Shown piece after piece: positions 50,351 to 60,006 of a stretch of DNA of 64,000 bases; within the stretch, counting starts at the first letter, position 1, and each line of letters begins with the position of its first letter. The notes below the pieces were generated by a model. It was given only the letters and a program-made list of their open reading frames with translations, was not told the DNA's origin and did not search any database. The stretch is taken from the NCBI RefSeq assembly GCF_057098645.1, contig NZ_CM169472.1; one strand, 5' to 3'. The translations under genes and the position numbers were made by a program.

Positions 50351-52822
50351 ATGAGTAAAGTCTTTATTTGCGCCGCCATTCCGGACGAACAGGCAATAAA
50401 GGAAGAAGGTGCAGTCGCTGTAGCCACTGCCATTGAAGCCGGTGATGAATGTCGCGCCCGCGCAAAATTTCACTGGCAATTCCTGGAACATTATCCGGCT
50501 GCTCAGGACTGCGCTTATAAATTTATTGTCTGCGAGGATAAACCTGGCATACCCCGCCCTGCCCTCGATTCATGGGATGCTGAATATATGCAGGAAAACC
50601 GCTGGGATGAGGAGTCTGCTTCTTTTGTCCCGGTTGAGACTGAATCCTATCCGATGAACGTCACTTTTGACAAGCTGGCCCCTGAAGTACAGAACGCTGT
50701 CATGGTTAAGTTCGACACATGTGAAAACATCACCGTTGATATGGTTATTAGCGCACAGGAATTGTTGCAGGAAGACATGGCAACATTCGACGGACATATC
50801 GTTGAAGCGTTGATGAAAATGCCAGAAGTTAACACCATGTATCCGGAGCTTAAGTTGCACGCCATTGGGTGGGTTAAGCATAAATGTATTCCTGGTGCTA
50901 AATGGCCCGAAATTCAGGCAGAGATGCGCATCTGGAAAAAACGTCGCGAAGGTGAACGCAAGGAAACCGGAAAATACACGTCTGTTGTTGATCTCGCCCG
51001 CGCCAGAGCCAATCAACAGTACACTGAAAATTCAACAGGAAAAATCAGCCCGGTCATTGCTGCCATTCATCGCGAATACAAGCAGACATGGAAAACACTG
51101 GATGACGAACTGGCCTACGCTCTCTGGCCTGGTGATGTGGATGCCGGAAACATTGACGGCAGCATCCATCGCTGGGCAAAAAATGAAGTTATCGACAACG
51201 ACCGCGAAGACTGGAAGCGTATCTCGGCATCAATGCGCAAACAGCCTGATGCCCTTCGCTACGACCGCCAGACTATTTTTGGCCTTGTCCGTGAACGTCC
51301 GATCGACATTCACAAAGACCCTGTGGCACTGAACAAATACATTACTGAATACCTGACTACAAAGGGCGTGTTTGAAGATGAAGGAACAAATCAGAGCGCA
51401 ACTGATACTCTCTCGTCGCCAGTACCAGAAACTGATGCAGTGGAAACTGAGGTATCTGATATCCCAAAAAATGAAACCGCGCCGGAAGCTGAACCATCTG
51501 TAGAGCGTGAGGGGCCGTTCTACTTCCTCTTCACCGACAAGGATGGCGAAAAATACGGTCGCGCAAACAAACTTTCTGGTCTGGATAAGGCGCTGTCTGC
51601 TGGGGCTACTGAAATCACGAAAGAAGAATATTTCGCCCGCAAAAACGGTACATACTCAGGTTCACAACAAAATACTGGTGCATCTGACACGACCGCACAA
51701 CCAGGGTCAGTAAAAGTTACCGCTGACGAAGTAAACAAAATTATGCAGGCAGCCAATATCAGCCAGCCTGACGCCGATGAACTGCTTGCAGTATCACGTG
51801 GTGAATTTGTTGAAGGGATTAGCGACCCGAATGATCCGAAATGGGTTAAGGGGATCCAGACCCGCGATTCTGTGAACCAGAACCAGCAAGAAACGGAACA
51901 GAACGACCAGAAAGCGGAACAAAACAGCCCAAATACGCAACAAAACGAGCCAGAAACGAAACAACCTGAACCAGTAGTGCAACAGGAACCGGAAAAGATC
52001 TGCACCGCCTGCGGTCAGAGCGGTGGCGGCAACTGCCCTGATTGTGGTGCGGTGATGGGTGAGGCAACATACCAGGAAATATTCGATGGAGAGAATCAGC
52101 CTGAAGTTCAGGAAAATGATCCGGAGGAAATGGAAGGCACTGCGCATCAGCACAAGGAGAACACTGGCGGCAATCAGCATCATGCCAGCGATAGTGAAAC
52201 TGGCGAGGCGTCAGATCCCTTAATTAAGGCGAACGGTCATCATAATCTCACATCCACCAGCAGAGCGGGGATTCATCTGATGATCGACCTTGAAACCATG
52301 GGAAAAAATCCCGATGCCCCGATTATCTCAATAGGTGCAATATTTTTCGATCCGCAAACCGGAGATATGGGACCGGAATTTAGTAAGACTATCGATCTGG
52401 AAACTGCTGGCGGAGTCATTGATCGGGACACCATTAAATGGTGGCTTAAGCAATCACGCGAAGCGCAATCTGCCATTATGACCGATGAAATCCCGTTAGA
52501 TGATGCACTGTTACAATTGCGGGAATTTATCGACGAAAACTCCGGTGAATTTTTTGTTCAGGTCTGGGGAAATGGAGCCAACTTCGACAACACGATTTTG
52601 CGCCGTTCATACGAACGGCAGGGGATCCCCTGCCCGTGGCGTTACTACAACGATCGCGATGTACGCACAATCGTTGAGCTGGGGAAAGCCATAGACTTCG
52701 ATGCCAGAATGGCTATTCCATTCGAAGGTGAGCGCCATAATGCACTTGATGACGCCCGTTACCAGGCAAAATACGTTTCAGTTATCTGGCAAAAACTGAT
52801 CCCGAGTCAGGCTGATTTTTAA
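50351..52822 (+). CDS. ydfE: Full-length YdfE-like protein with C-terminal DEDDh 3'-5' exonuclease domain
   Basis: The N-terminal ~300 aa match the recalled K-12 YdfE fragment. The C terminus has DLET, NGANFD and HNALDDA exonuclease motifs. CTACG..8 aa..CPDCG zinc ribbon. Confidence 0.7.
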   Translation: MSKVFICAAIPDEQAIKEEGAVAVATAIEAGDECRARAKFHWQFLEHYPAAQDCAYKFIVCEDKPGIPRPALDSWDAEYMQENRWDEESASFVPVETESYPMNVTFDKLAPEVQNAVMVKFDTCENITVDMVISAQELLQEDMATFDGHIVEALMKMPEVNTMYPELKLHAIGWVKHKCIPGAKWPEIQAEMRIWKKRREGERKETGKYTSVVDLARARANQQYTENSTGKISPVIAAIHREYKQTWKTLDDELAYALWPGDVDAGNIDGSIHRWAKNEVIDNDREDWKRISASMRKQPDALRYDRQTIFGLVRERPIDIHKDPVALNKYITEYLTTKGVFEDEGTNQSATDTLSSPVPETDAVETEVSDIPKNETAPEAEPSVEREGPFYFLFTDKDGEKYGRANKLSGLDKALSAGATEITKEEYFARKNGTYSGSQQNTGASDTTAQPGSVKVTADEVNKIMQAANISQPDADELLAVSRGEFVEGISDPNDPKWVKGIQTRDSVNQNQQETEQNDQKAEQNSPNTQQNEPETKQPEPVVQQEPEKICTACGQSGGGNCPDCGAVMGEATYQEIFDGENQPEVQENDPEEMEGTAHQHKENTGGNQHHASDSETGEASDPLIKANGHHNLTSTSRAGIHLMIDLETMGKNPDAPIISIGAIFFDPQTGDMGPEFSKTIDLETAGGVIDRDTIKWWLKQSREAQSAIMTDEIPLDDALLQLREFIDENSGEFFVQVWGNGANFDNTILRRSYERQGIPCPWRYYNDRDVRTIVELGKAIDFDARMAIPFEGERHNALDDARYQAKYVSVIWQKLIPSQADF

Positions 52823-52880
52823 TGTTCAACCCTAATTGCCGCTAACCGTATATAGTTAGCGGCGGTTATGAGATATAGCT

Positions 52881-53084
52881 ATGAGTAGCTTATTTTTAAC
52901 CGAAGATGAATTGCTAATATTAACGGGCTGCAAATATGCAAGCCACCAGCGAAAATGGTTAACGGAAAACGGGCTTCCGTTCTATACCAATCGTAGTGGC
53001 AAACCGATTGTCAGCCGGGATCTATTTACCTGCAATAAAACTTTACCACCACGCGAGGTAGAGCCGAATTTTGGTGCAATCTGA
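52881..53084 (+). CDS. Excisionase-like small protein
   Basis: 67 aa immediately upstream of int with a TGATG overlap. Confidence 0.55.
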   Translation: MSSLFLTEDELLILTGCKYASHQRKWLTENGLPFYTNRSGKPIVSRDLFTCNKTLPPREVEPNFGAI

Positions 53085-54109
53085 TGGGAAGACGAAGGAA
53101 AAATCCTGAACACGAAAAACTACCTCCAAATGTATACCCAAATAAATATAGTTATGTATGGAAACCAACATCCAGAGAATCTGTCACACTAACCGCCATC
53201 AAGGATGGTTTAGCTGCTTTATGGAAAAGGTATGAGGAAACTGTAAATAATCGCGATCGCGCAATGACATTCGGTCGCTTGTGGGAAAAATTCCTCGCCA
53301 GCGCCTATTACAGTGACCTCAGTCCAAGAACACAAAAAGATTATCTACAACATCAAAAAAAGTTGCTTGCCGTATTCGGTAAGGTGCCGGCAGATTCCAT
53401 AAAACCAGAACACATCCGTCGATACATGGACAAGAGAGGGGAGCAGAGTAAAACGCAAGCCAACCATGAAAAAAGCAGTATGTCCCGCGTTTACAGTTGG
53501 GGGTATGAGCGAGGGTACGTGAAGGGTAACCCATGTGCAGGTGTAAGTAAATTCAAGGCCAAAAACCGCGAACGATATGTAACCGACAAAGAATACCAGG
53601 CAGTATTAAGCGTTGCACCTCTTCCTGTTTTTATCGCAATGGAAATTGCCTATCTGTGTGCAGCGAGGGTTTCCGATGTGTTATCGCTGAAATGGGAGCA
53701 GATTGGAAACGACGGAATCTTTATCCAGCAAGGGAAAACAGGAAAAAAACAGATAAAAGCATGGAGTCCACGATTACAGGCGGCGATCGAAAAAGCAAAA
53801 CAGTTACCAACATCCGCCTATGTAATCAGTAATCAATACGGCAACCGATATATGTACAAAGGCTTTAACGAAATGTGGGTAGAAGCAAGAAATCGCGCAG
53901 GCAAAATTTCAGGTATTTTAACCGACTTCACCTTTCATGATCTGAAGGCGAAAGGAATTTCAGACTATGAAGGAAGCAGTCGGGATAAGCAACTTTTCTC
54001 TGGTCACAAAACCGAGGGGCAAGTGCTAATCTATGACAGGAAGGTTAAAGTTTCACCGACACTTGATGTCCCGTTACCTGAAAATATTCCAAGAAAATAT
54101 TCCAAGTAA
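53084..54109 (+). CDS. int: Lambda-family tyrosine integrase
   Basis: MGRRRKNPEHEKLPPNVY.. (lambda Int starts MGRRRSHERRDLPPNLY). C-terminal ..FHDLKA..GH.. catalytic region. Adjacent to tRNA-Ser. Confidence 0.85.
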   Translation: MGRRRKNPEHEKLPPNVYPNKYSYVWKPTSRESVTLTAIKDGLAALWKRYEETVNNRDRAMTFGRLWEKFLASAYYSDLSPRTQKDYLQHQKKLLAVFGKVPADSIKPEHIRRYMDKRGEQSKTQANHEKSSMSRVYSWGYERGYVKGNPCAGVSKFKAKNRERYVTDKEYQAVLSVAPLPVFIAMEIAYLCAARVSDVLSLKWEQIGNDGIFIQQGKTGKKQIKAWSPRLQAAIEKAKQLPTSAYVISNQYGNRYMYKGFNEMWVEARNRAGKISGILTDFTFHDLKAKGISDYEGSSRDKQLFSGHKTEGQVLIYDRKVKVSPTLDVPLPENIPRKYSK

Positions 54110-54161
54110 TTCCAAGTGTGATTTTTGTCACTGACTTAATGATGTATAAGTGATTGAATTT

Positions 54162-54251
54162 TGGCGGAGAGAGGGGGATTTGAACCCCCGGTGGAGTTGC
54201 CCCCACTCCGGTTTTCGAGACCGGTCCGTTCAGCCGCTCCGGCATCTCTCC
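54162..54251 (-). tRNA. serU: tRNA-Ser (anticodon CGA), serU; 3' 62 nt supplied by the prophage
   Basis: ggagagatgccggagcggctgaacggaccggtctCGAaaaccgg...CCA, with the long variable arm of class II tRNA. Confidence 0.9.
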
Positions 54252-54344
54252 GTTCAGATGGTTGCCATGATGCCAGGAAATTTGGCATTTTAACAGTCCC
54301 TGTCCGTGCAATTTTGTTCAAGTGACGAGTTTGCGAGCAAAACG

Positions 54345-55142
54345 ATGATTAAGTGGCCCTGGAAAGTACAAGAATCAGCACATCAAACTGCCCTTCCCTG
54401 GCAGGAAGCACTATCGATCCCCCTTTTAACGTGTCTGACGGAACAGGAACAAAGCAAATTAGTCACTCTTGCCGAACGTTTTTTACAGCAAAAGCGGCTT
54501 GTTCCTTTACAGGGCTTTGAACTGGATTCATTAAGAAGCTGCCGGATAGCACTTCTATTTTGCCTACCCGTTCTGGAGTTAGGACTGGAATGGCTGGATG
54601 GTTTTCATGAAGTCTTAATTTATCCTGCGCCATTTGTGGTCGATGATGAATGGGAAGACGATATCGGTCTGGTGCATAACCAACGTATTGTTCAGTCAGG
54701 TCAGAGCTGGCAGCAAGGGCCTATCGTTTTGAACTGGTTGGATATACAAGATTCTTTTGATGCTTCTGGTTTTAACCTGATTATTCATGAAGTCGCTCAT
54801 AAGCTGGACACCCGTAACGGCGATCGCGCAAGCGGAGTTCCCTTTATTCCGTTGCGTGAGGTTGCTGGCTGGGAACACGATCTTCATGCTGCAATGAACA
54901 ACATTCAGGAAGAAATCGAATTGGTTGGCGAGAATGCGGCGAGCATTGATGCTTATGCTGCCAGTGATCCTGCTGAATGTTTTGCCGTACTTTCTGAATA
55001 TTTCTTTAGCGCCCCAGAACTTTTTGCTCCTCGTTTCCCTTCATTGTGGCAACGTTTCTGCCAATTTTATCAACAAGATCCTTTGCAGAGACTGCATCAC
55101 GCTAATGATACAGACTCGTTTTCGGCGACGAATGTTCATTAA
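54345..55142 (+). CDS. mtfA: Mlc-titration factor / aminopeptidase MtfA (YeeI)
   Basis: [23 protein letters not shown].., HEVAH zinc motif. K-12 synteny. Confidence 0.9.
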   Translation: MIKWPWKVQESAHQTALPWQEALSIPLLTCLTEQEQSKLVTLAERFLQQKRLVPLQGFELDSLRSCRIALLFCLPVLELGLEWLDGFHEVLIYPAPFVVDDEWEDDIGLVHNQRIVQSGQSWQQGPIVLNWLDIQDSFDASGFNLIIHEVAHKLDTRNGDRASGVPFIPLREVAGWEHDLHAAMNNIQEEIELVGENAASIDAYAASDPAECFAVLSEYFFSAPELFAPRFPSLWQRFCQFYQQDPLQRLHHANDTDSFSATNVH

Positions 55143-55242
55143 TTAACAACTTTGCAGATTAATTAACCAATTGAAATGACTTATGAAATTTAGTGTTGAC
55201 AGACAAGGTACCGCTAAGTAATATGCGCCCCGTTCACACGAT

Positions 55243-55318
55243 TCCTCTGTAGTTCAGTCGGTAGAACGGCGGACTGTTAATCCGTATGTCACTGGTTCGA
55301 GTCCAGTCAGAGGAGCCA
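55243..55318 (+). tRNA. asnT: tRNA-Asn (anticodon GUU), asnT position
   Basis: tcctctgtagttcagtcggtagaacggcggactGTTaatccg..ggttcgagtcc..CCA. Confidence 0.9.
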
Positions 55319-55479
55319 AATTCCTGTTTTCATGCTTATCTGTACGTCTCTGTTTGTTTAGGATTCAGTAAGTTAGCATGAAAATCCTTCCCGGTGCGTA
55401 TCTGGTTTTATCTCCGCATCGGGATAATTTGGTGGTCAGATCTGGGGTCAGTTTGGTTCGATTCTGGAGTGACCCCCAA

Positions 55480-56742
55480 ATGTCTTTAAACGATTCTAAA
55501 ATCCGCAAGTTAAAATCTTCTTCCCGTCCGGTAAAACTCTCCGACTCTCACGGTCTGTATCTGCTCGTCAATCCGGGCGGTTCGCGCATCTGGTATCTCA
55601 AATATCGTTTCAACGGAAAAGAATCCAGGGTCAGTCTTGGCGCATATCCGCTGGTCTCACTGGCAGAAGCCAGGCAGCAGCGCGACGGTATCCGTAAGCT
55701 ACTGGCGCAGAATATCAACCCGGCGCAACAGCGCATGGCAGAGAAATCCGCCTGCTCCCCTGAAAAGTGCTTTAAAGCGGTGGCGCTGGCCTGGCACAAA
55801 ACCAACAAAAAATGGTCGGCTGATTATGCCGCCCGTATTCTCGCCAGTATGGAAAACCATATCTTCCCGGCGGTTGGTCACCTGCCCGTTGCTGCGCTTA
55901 AAACGCAGGATTTCACCGCACTGCTGCGGGTTATTGAGGATAAGGGCTTTCTGGAAGTCGCGTCCCGCACGCGACAGCAACTCAGCAACATCATGCGCTA
56001 TGCCGTTCAGCAGGGACTTACCGACAGTAACCCGGCGCAGCATCTGGAAGGCGTTGTCTCCTCCCCCGTAAAGAATCACTACCCCGCGTTACCGCTGGAG
56101 CGGTTGTCCGAACTGCTTGGCCGCATCGGTGACTATCAGCAGGGCCGGGAGTTAACCCGGCTGGCGGTGGTGCTGACACTGCACCTGTTCATCCGTTCCA
56201 GCGAACTGCGTTTCGCCCGCTGGAGCGAGATCGATTTCAGGCACAAAATCTGGACCATCCCCGCCACCCGCGAGGCCATCGACAAAGTTCGGTTTTCGGG
56301 GCGTGGCGCAAAAATGCGTACCCCGCATATCGTACCGCTCTCCCGCCAGGCGATTGCCCTTCTGAAACAGATACAGGAGCTTTCCGGCCATCTGGATCTG
56401 GTGTTTCCCGGCGATCATAATCCGTACAAGCCAATGAGCGAAAACACAACCAACCGGGCGCTGCGCCTGATGGGGTATGACACGAAAACTGAAATCTGCG
56501 GGCATGGACTCAAGGCAATGGCCTGTAGCGCCCTGGTGGAGTCGGACCTGTGGTCACGCGATACGGTGGAGCGGCAAATGAGCCACCAGGAGCGCAACAG
56601 CGTGCGGGCGGCATATGTGCATAAAGCAGAGCATCTGGAGGCCAGAAAGGCCATGATGCAGTGGTGGTCGGATTATCTGGATGTGTGCCGCGAGGGGTAT
56701 GTTGCGCCGTACATTTATGCCCGGCAGCATAAGGCAGCCTGA
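55480..56742 (+). CDS. P4-type tyrosine integrase of the asnT island
   Basis: MSLNDSKIRKLKSSSRPVKLSDSHGLYLLVNPGGSRIWYLKYRF.., a typical P4/HPI-like Int, 160 bp after the tRNA. Confidence 0.85.
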   Translation: MSLNDSKIRKLKSSSRPVKLSDSHGLYLLVNPGGSRIWYLKYRFNGKESRVSLGAYPLVSLAEARQQRDGIRKLLAQNINPAQQRMAEKSACSPEKCFKAVALAWHKTNKKWSADYAARILASMENHIFPAVGHLPVAALKTQDFTALLRVIEDKGFLEVASRTRQQLSNIMRYAVQQGLTDSNPAQHLEGVVSSPVKNHYPALPLERLSELLGRIGDYQQGRELTRLAVVLTLHLFIRSSELRFARWSEIDFRHKIWTIPATREAIDKVRFSGRGAKMRTPHIVPLSRQAIALLKQIQELSGHLDLVFPGDHNPYKPMSENTTNRALRLMGYDTKTEICGHGLKAMACSALVESDLWSRDTVERQMSHQERNSVRAAYVHKAEHLEARKAMMQWWSDYLDVCREGYVAPYIYARQHKAA

Positions 56743-56777
56743 ATCAGAAATAGCGTAAATCATTAAAACCGGAAAAG

Positions 56778-56808
56778 CAGATCCTGATTGACCGGGATCT
56801 GTTTTTTT
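56778..56808 (+). terminator. Intrinsic terminator after the integrase gene
   Basis: cagatcc-N10-ggatctg followed by T7. Confidence 0.5.
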
Positions 56809-56927
56809 GTATTGAGAGGTATTGTTGCTGTTTTTGTTATTATTAATTGGGAAGCACCGAAAATTATTCCAGTAGAATATTTGCAGGCGACTGCCTATTA
56901 ATAAATGCATTATTGATAGATAACTAC

Positions 56928-56957
56928 CTTCTGTGATTTGCCCGCAAATCACAGAAG
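56928..56957. repeat. Palindrome 1: 12-bp arms cttctgtgattt / aaatcacagaag, 6-nt spacer
   Basis: Read directly. Shares the core CTTCYGTGATT with palindrome 2. Confidence 0.8.
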
Positions 56958-57153
56958 ATGAAAACCTATCAATACGGGATATTTTCACGGAAATACCAAT
57001 TAATACTCCAGAATATCTCCTGACCATATACTCTGAAACCTGTAAGAACTGCATCAGATATTGAGAGACCAGATAGATGTAAGTCTGAAATTATTTTGTT
57101 TCCAATGATTTCAGGCGAAAAACCTATCAATACATCTGTTTTCAATAGGCAGC

Positions 57154-57189
57154 CACCTTCCGTGATTAACATGTTAATCACGGAAGGTG
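57154..57189. repeat. Palindrome 2: perfect 36-bp spacerless palindrome
   Basis: caccttccgtgattaacatgttaatcacggaaggtg equals its own reverse complement. Confidence 0.85.
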
Positions 57190-57512
57190 AAAAGCTTTCA
57201 ATAATCGATATTTCCACGGTATTACCACTTAATACATCCCAAAAAATGCGCCATAAAATACCGGACAATCTTTCCTGATACACATTATCACTGCACCAGC
57301 TATACAGAGACAAAATAATCTGCACCCGTCCTGGATAATCTGCTATCTGCGCCAGCGTCCCGCCGCTCTACCTGTTCAGGGCTGCGCCAGTTCCTGGCCC
57401 TTTAGTTTTTGGCCCTTTCAGGTCAGGCGCTGTTACCCTTATCGCCCCCTTAACCTTTATGACCCTTTCCCTTTCTGGCGCAACCAGTTTATTTGGAAAT
57501 GCTCCATGACAG

Positions 57513-57527
57513 TCTGCACCAGACTGT
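57513..57527. repeat. Inverted copy of the 15-mer acagtctggtgcaga
   Basis: tctgcaccagactgt is the reverse complement of 59304-59318. Lies within the near-palindrome acagtctg-cac-cagactgt. Confidence 0.75.
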
Positions 57528-58040
57528 ATTTTCACCACAGGATAACGATCACAAAGTGCAAAAAATAACATGAAGCACCGAAGATTCTTAATTCATATGA
57601 AGCAGGTTATTATGCCAAAAACCGTCGCAGCATTTTTATAAAATCATGAGGCATCCTGAGACCATATAATATATGTCACAGGATACGGAAAAACACAGAG
57701 AGAATTATTCAGATATAAGCCTGCACCAAAATTAATGTGATGCCCCGGTGAATTTACATTTTAAAATTTCCCCAGCCCTGTAGTATTGGTAAAAATGAAT
57801 GAAACACCTGTTATCAATTGGAATCGTTTCGAGTGATTACAGGGTAATCACTATAATATCCCGGCAAACTATATTGGTTAAGCAGGAGAATCTGATCTGT
57901 TGATATTTATTCGTCATGCTGTAACGATATTTTCACAATATAAACCCGTTCGCCCCCTGCGCCAGATCCGGAACATAGGGTACGATAAATCGCTGTCGTT
58001 ACACAGTAACCGCATTATTTTGCGCCATTCATGAACTCAG

Positions 58041-58924
58041 TCATTCCTCCTTCCAGCGGTAGCCGTACACCTGTTTCACCCAGCGACCGCGACCGTCGCC
58101 ATGACCCAGATCCGTCGCCGTCAGCGCCAGTGACTCCTTTTCGCTGAATCCCTGTTCCAGATAATGGCGGATCGCATCCTGCGCCCATGCATAACGCAGG
58201 GAGTGCGGGGAAAATTCGCCTGTCAGCCCCACTTTAACCGCCTGTCTGTGCCAGTGATTCATGGCTGTTTTAAGGTCGGGCTTGTCGATCAGCCTGCTAT
58301 TGCATTGTTCTGCTGCAAGTAACGCTTTTTCAAGGGCTTTCCTGACTGCGCCAGTATCCAGGACTGTCGTATGGCGGGGACGACCGCCCTTGGTGCCAAA
58401 CACCACTTTCAGCCGGTTTTCCCCGCGTTCAATGGTTTTCAGCCACGTTTTCAGCGACTGTGAACTCTGTACCGCCTCCTGCGAACGTAGCCCCATCAGC
58501 CGCGCAATCTCCAGCACTGCCGCCAGCCCTGCGTCCTGAGTGCGGGCTTTCTCCATCACCTGCTGGTAATGTTCCGGCGTGATGGCGCGGCGCGTGCCGT
58601 TGCGCGAAGCGCCTGACACCCCTAATGCCTTATTGGTCAGACGCGGATGCTCCACCACCTGCCTGCGTTCAGCCTATCTCAGCACGGTCCGCAACGCTGC
58701 CATTCCGTTTTGCAGCGTTCGTAAACCAATATCCTGCTCCAGCCGTTCCTCAATGTAGCATTCGATATGGCGAACCTTGATCTGCTGCACCCGCTGGATC
58801 TGGATATTCAGCGCCCGTAAATGTTCACTGAACCGTTTGTAATATGGATATGGTCATTCACCGTTTTGAAGCTGCCGCCCGCTTTCTTCGCCAGCGCCTT
58901 CATTTCACTGCTTAATTTACTCAT
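58041..58924 (-). pseudogene. Tyrosine recombinase (integrase-fold) gene with one frameshift and one in-frame TAG
   Basis: MSKLSSEMKALAKK.. then frame change near 58825-58840. TAG at 58674-58676. The downstream part keeps the catalytic ..GGRPR.. and HSLRYAWAQD ... VYGY motifs. Confidence 0.7.
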
Positions 58925-59253
58925 GAATCCCCTGCAACATAAACAAACAGTCTCCGGCGTGTGCTGTTTGGCTGCGCCAGAACGATACCTTCACGCCGGA
59001 GTGGCTGGTTGTTGAGGTTTAAGGAGTTTCAGGCTGTACGCGGTACAGACTGCCTGACGAAGCAGGGGTGTCTCCGGAGCATCGTGCCCCCCTCGGTATC
59101 GATCTTTTTCTCCTTTACTCTGAGCTGACAGCTGCCCCAAAGGGCATGTCAGACGGCGGAAATATGGCGCAGGCCAGGACTGGCGCGGCTTGCGGCGGTG
59201 AGTTGTGCGGCGTCACTTTGCCCTGTCGCTGGCGCGACCAAAGTGACGCCTTG

Positions 59254-59317
59254 TCTGGTGCAGGGGGGAAACGTTGCGCTTCTGGTGCAGTATTCAAAAA
59301 TTAACAGTCTGGTGCAG
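59254..59317. repeat. Three perfect TCTGGTGCAG direct repeats phased exactly 27 bp apart
   Basis: Copies start at 59254, 59281 and 59308. They lie 330-390 bp upstream of the recombinase pseudogene start. Confidence 0.85.
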
Positions 59318-59733
59318 ATTAACGGTCACGCGGCAGCAAAGCCTGCTGTCTTTGCAGGCCGCAGCCCGTCATGTAAAAGGCGCTGGTCATCAGCAAGGGA
59401 TAAGTAGGCCGGAGAAATTCCGGCAAAGGAAAGCCGTTCAGCCGGTGAAGGCCATTGCGGTAAAGCGATGACGATGGAGCTGTCCTTGTATATATGTACT
59501 TCGCCTCAAACACTTTCGCGTTCCGGTATTGCGGAGGTCGTACCGGTAGCAAGGGCTGGTCGTCCTGTTAAATCAGGGGCTTCTTGCAGACCATGAAGCC
59601 AAAGGGTGCCCGAAGGCATAGTGCAGGAGGGAGATTACACCGTTATTTCTGGCGCAGAAAGGGGAAATTCATTTTTCTGGAAAAAGGGTTTCCCCTTGAT
59701 TTTAACGTGTATTTGTGAACGTGAAATGCTGAG

Positions 59734-60006
59734 CTAACCTCTCAATGACCGGATAACAGGCCGTGGCTTTTGCGATGCCTGCCAGAGATCATATTCAGAC
59801 TGCATCCCCGCCCATAGCTCAGCGCGGGTATTCAGCAGCGCCGCCAGACGCAGCGCCATATCAGCCGTCACTGGCGCATGTCCATTGAGAATGCGGGATA
59901 ACCGGGAGCGGGAAATGTTCAGCGCAGAAGCTGCCTGCACAATACTTGTGCCGCCCAGATAATCACGAAGAACCGCTCCCGGATGATGCGGATTAAACAT
60001 GCGCAT
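59734..60006 (-). CDS. higA: HigA-type (Xre-family) antitoxin-like HTH protein
   Basis: MRMFNPHHPGAVLRDYLG..AASALNISRSRLSRILNGHAPVTADMALRLA.., typical of HigA/VapI. Confidence 0.7.
   Translation of the reverse strand: MRMFNPHHPGAVLRDYLGGTSIVQAASALNISRSRLSRILNGHAPVTADMALRLAALLNTRAELWAGMQSEYDLWQASQKPRPVIRSLRG

Noticed and set aside
56969-57325. 118-aa minus-strand ORF spanning the palindromic modules as a genuine gene
   Set aside because: It has no RBS. The frame owes its length to the duplicated module and reads straight through two long palindromes. It is kept only as an alternative explanation in the finding.
56851-57586. Direct repeat gaagcaccgaa(a/g)att at 56851 and 57572
   Set aside because: An 11-bp exact match within about 1 kb is not statistically compelling on its own. 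No supporting structure was seen.
57833-57856. gagtgattacagggtaatcactat hairpin containing acagggtaat, reminiscent of the I-SceI homing-endonuclease site
   Set aside because: Only 10 of 18 bp match and there is no intron or endonuclease context, so this is a likely chance resemblance.
59254-59317. Regularly spaced repeats as a mini CRISPR array
   Set aside because: The repeats are only 10 bp with 17-bp spacers and three copies, there are no cas genes, and the dimensions are far below CRISPR repeat/spacer sizes.
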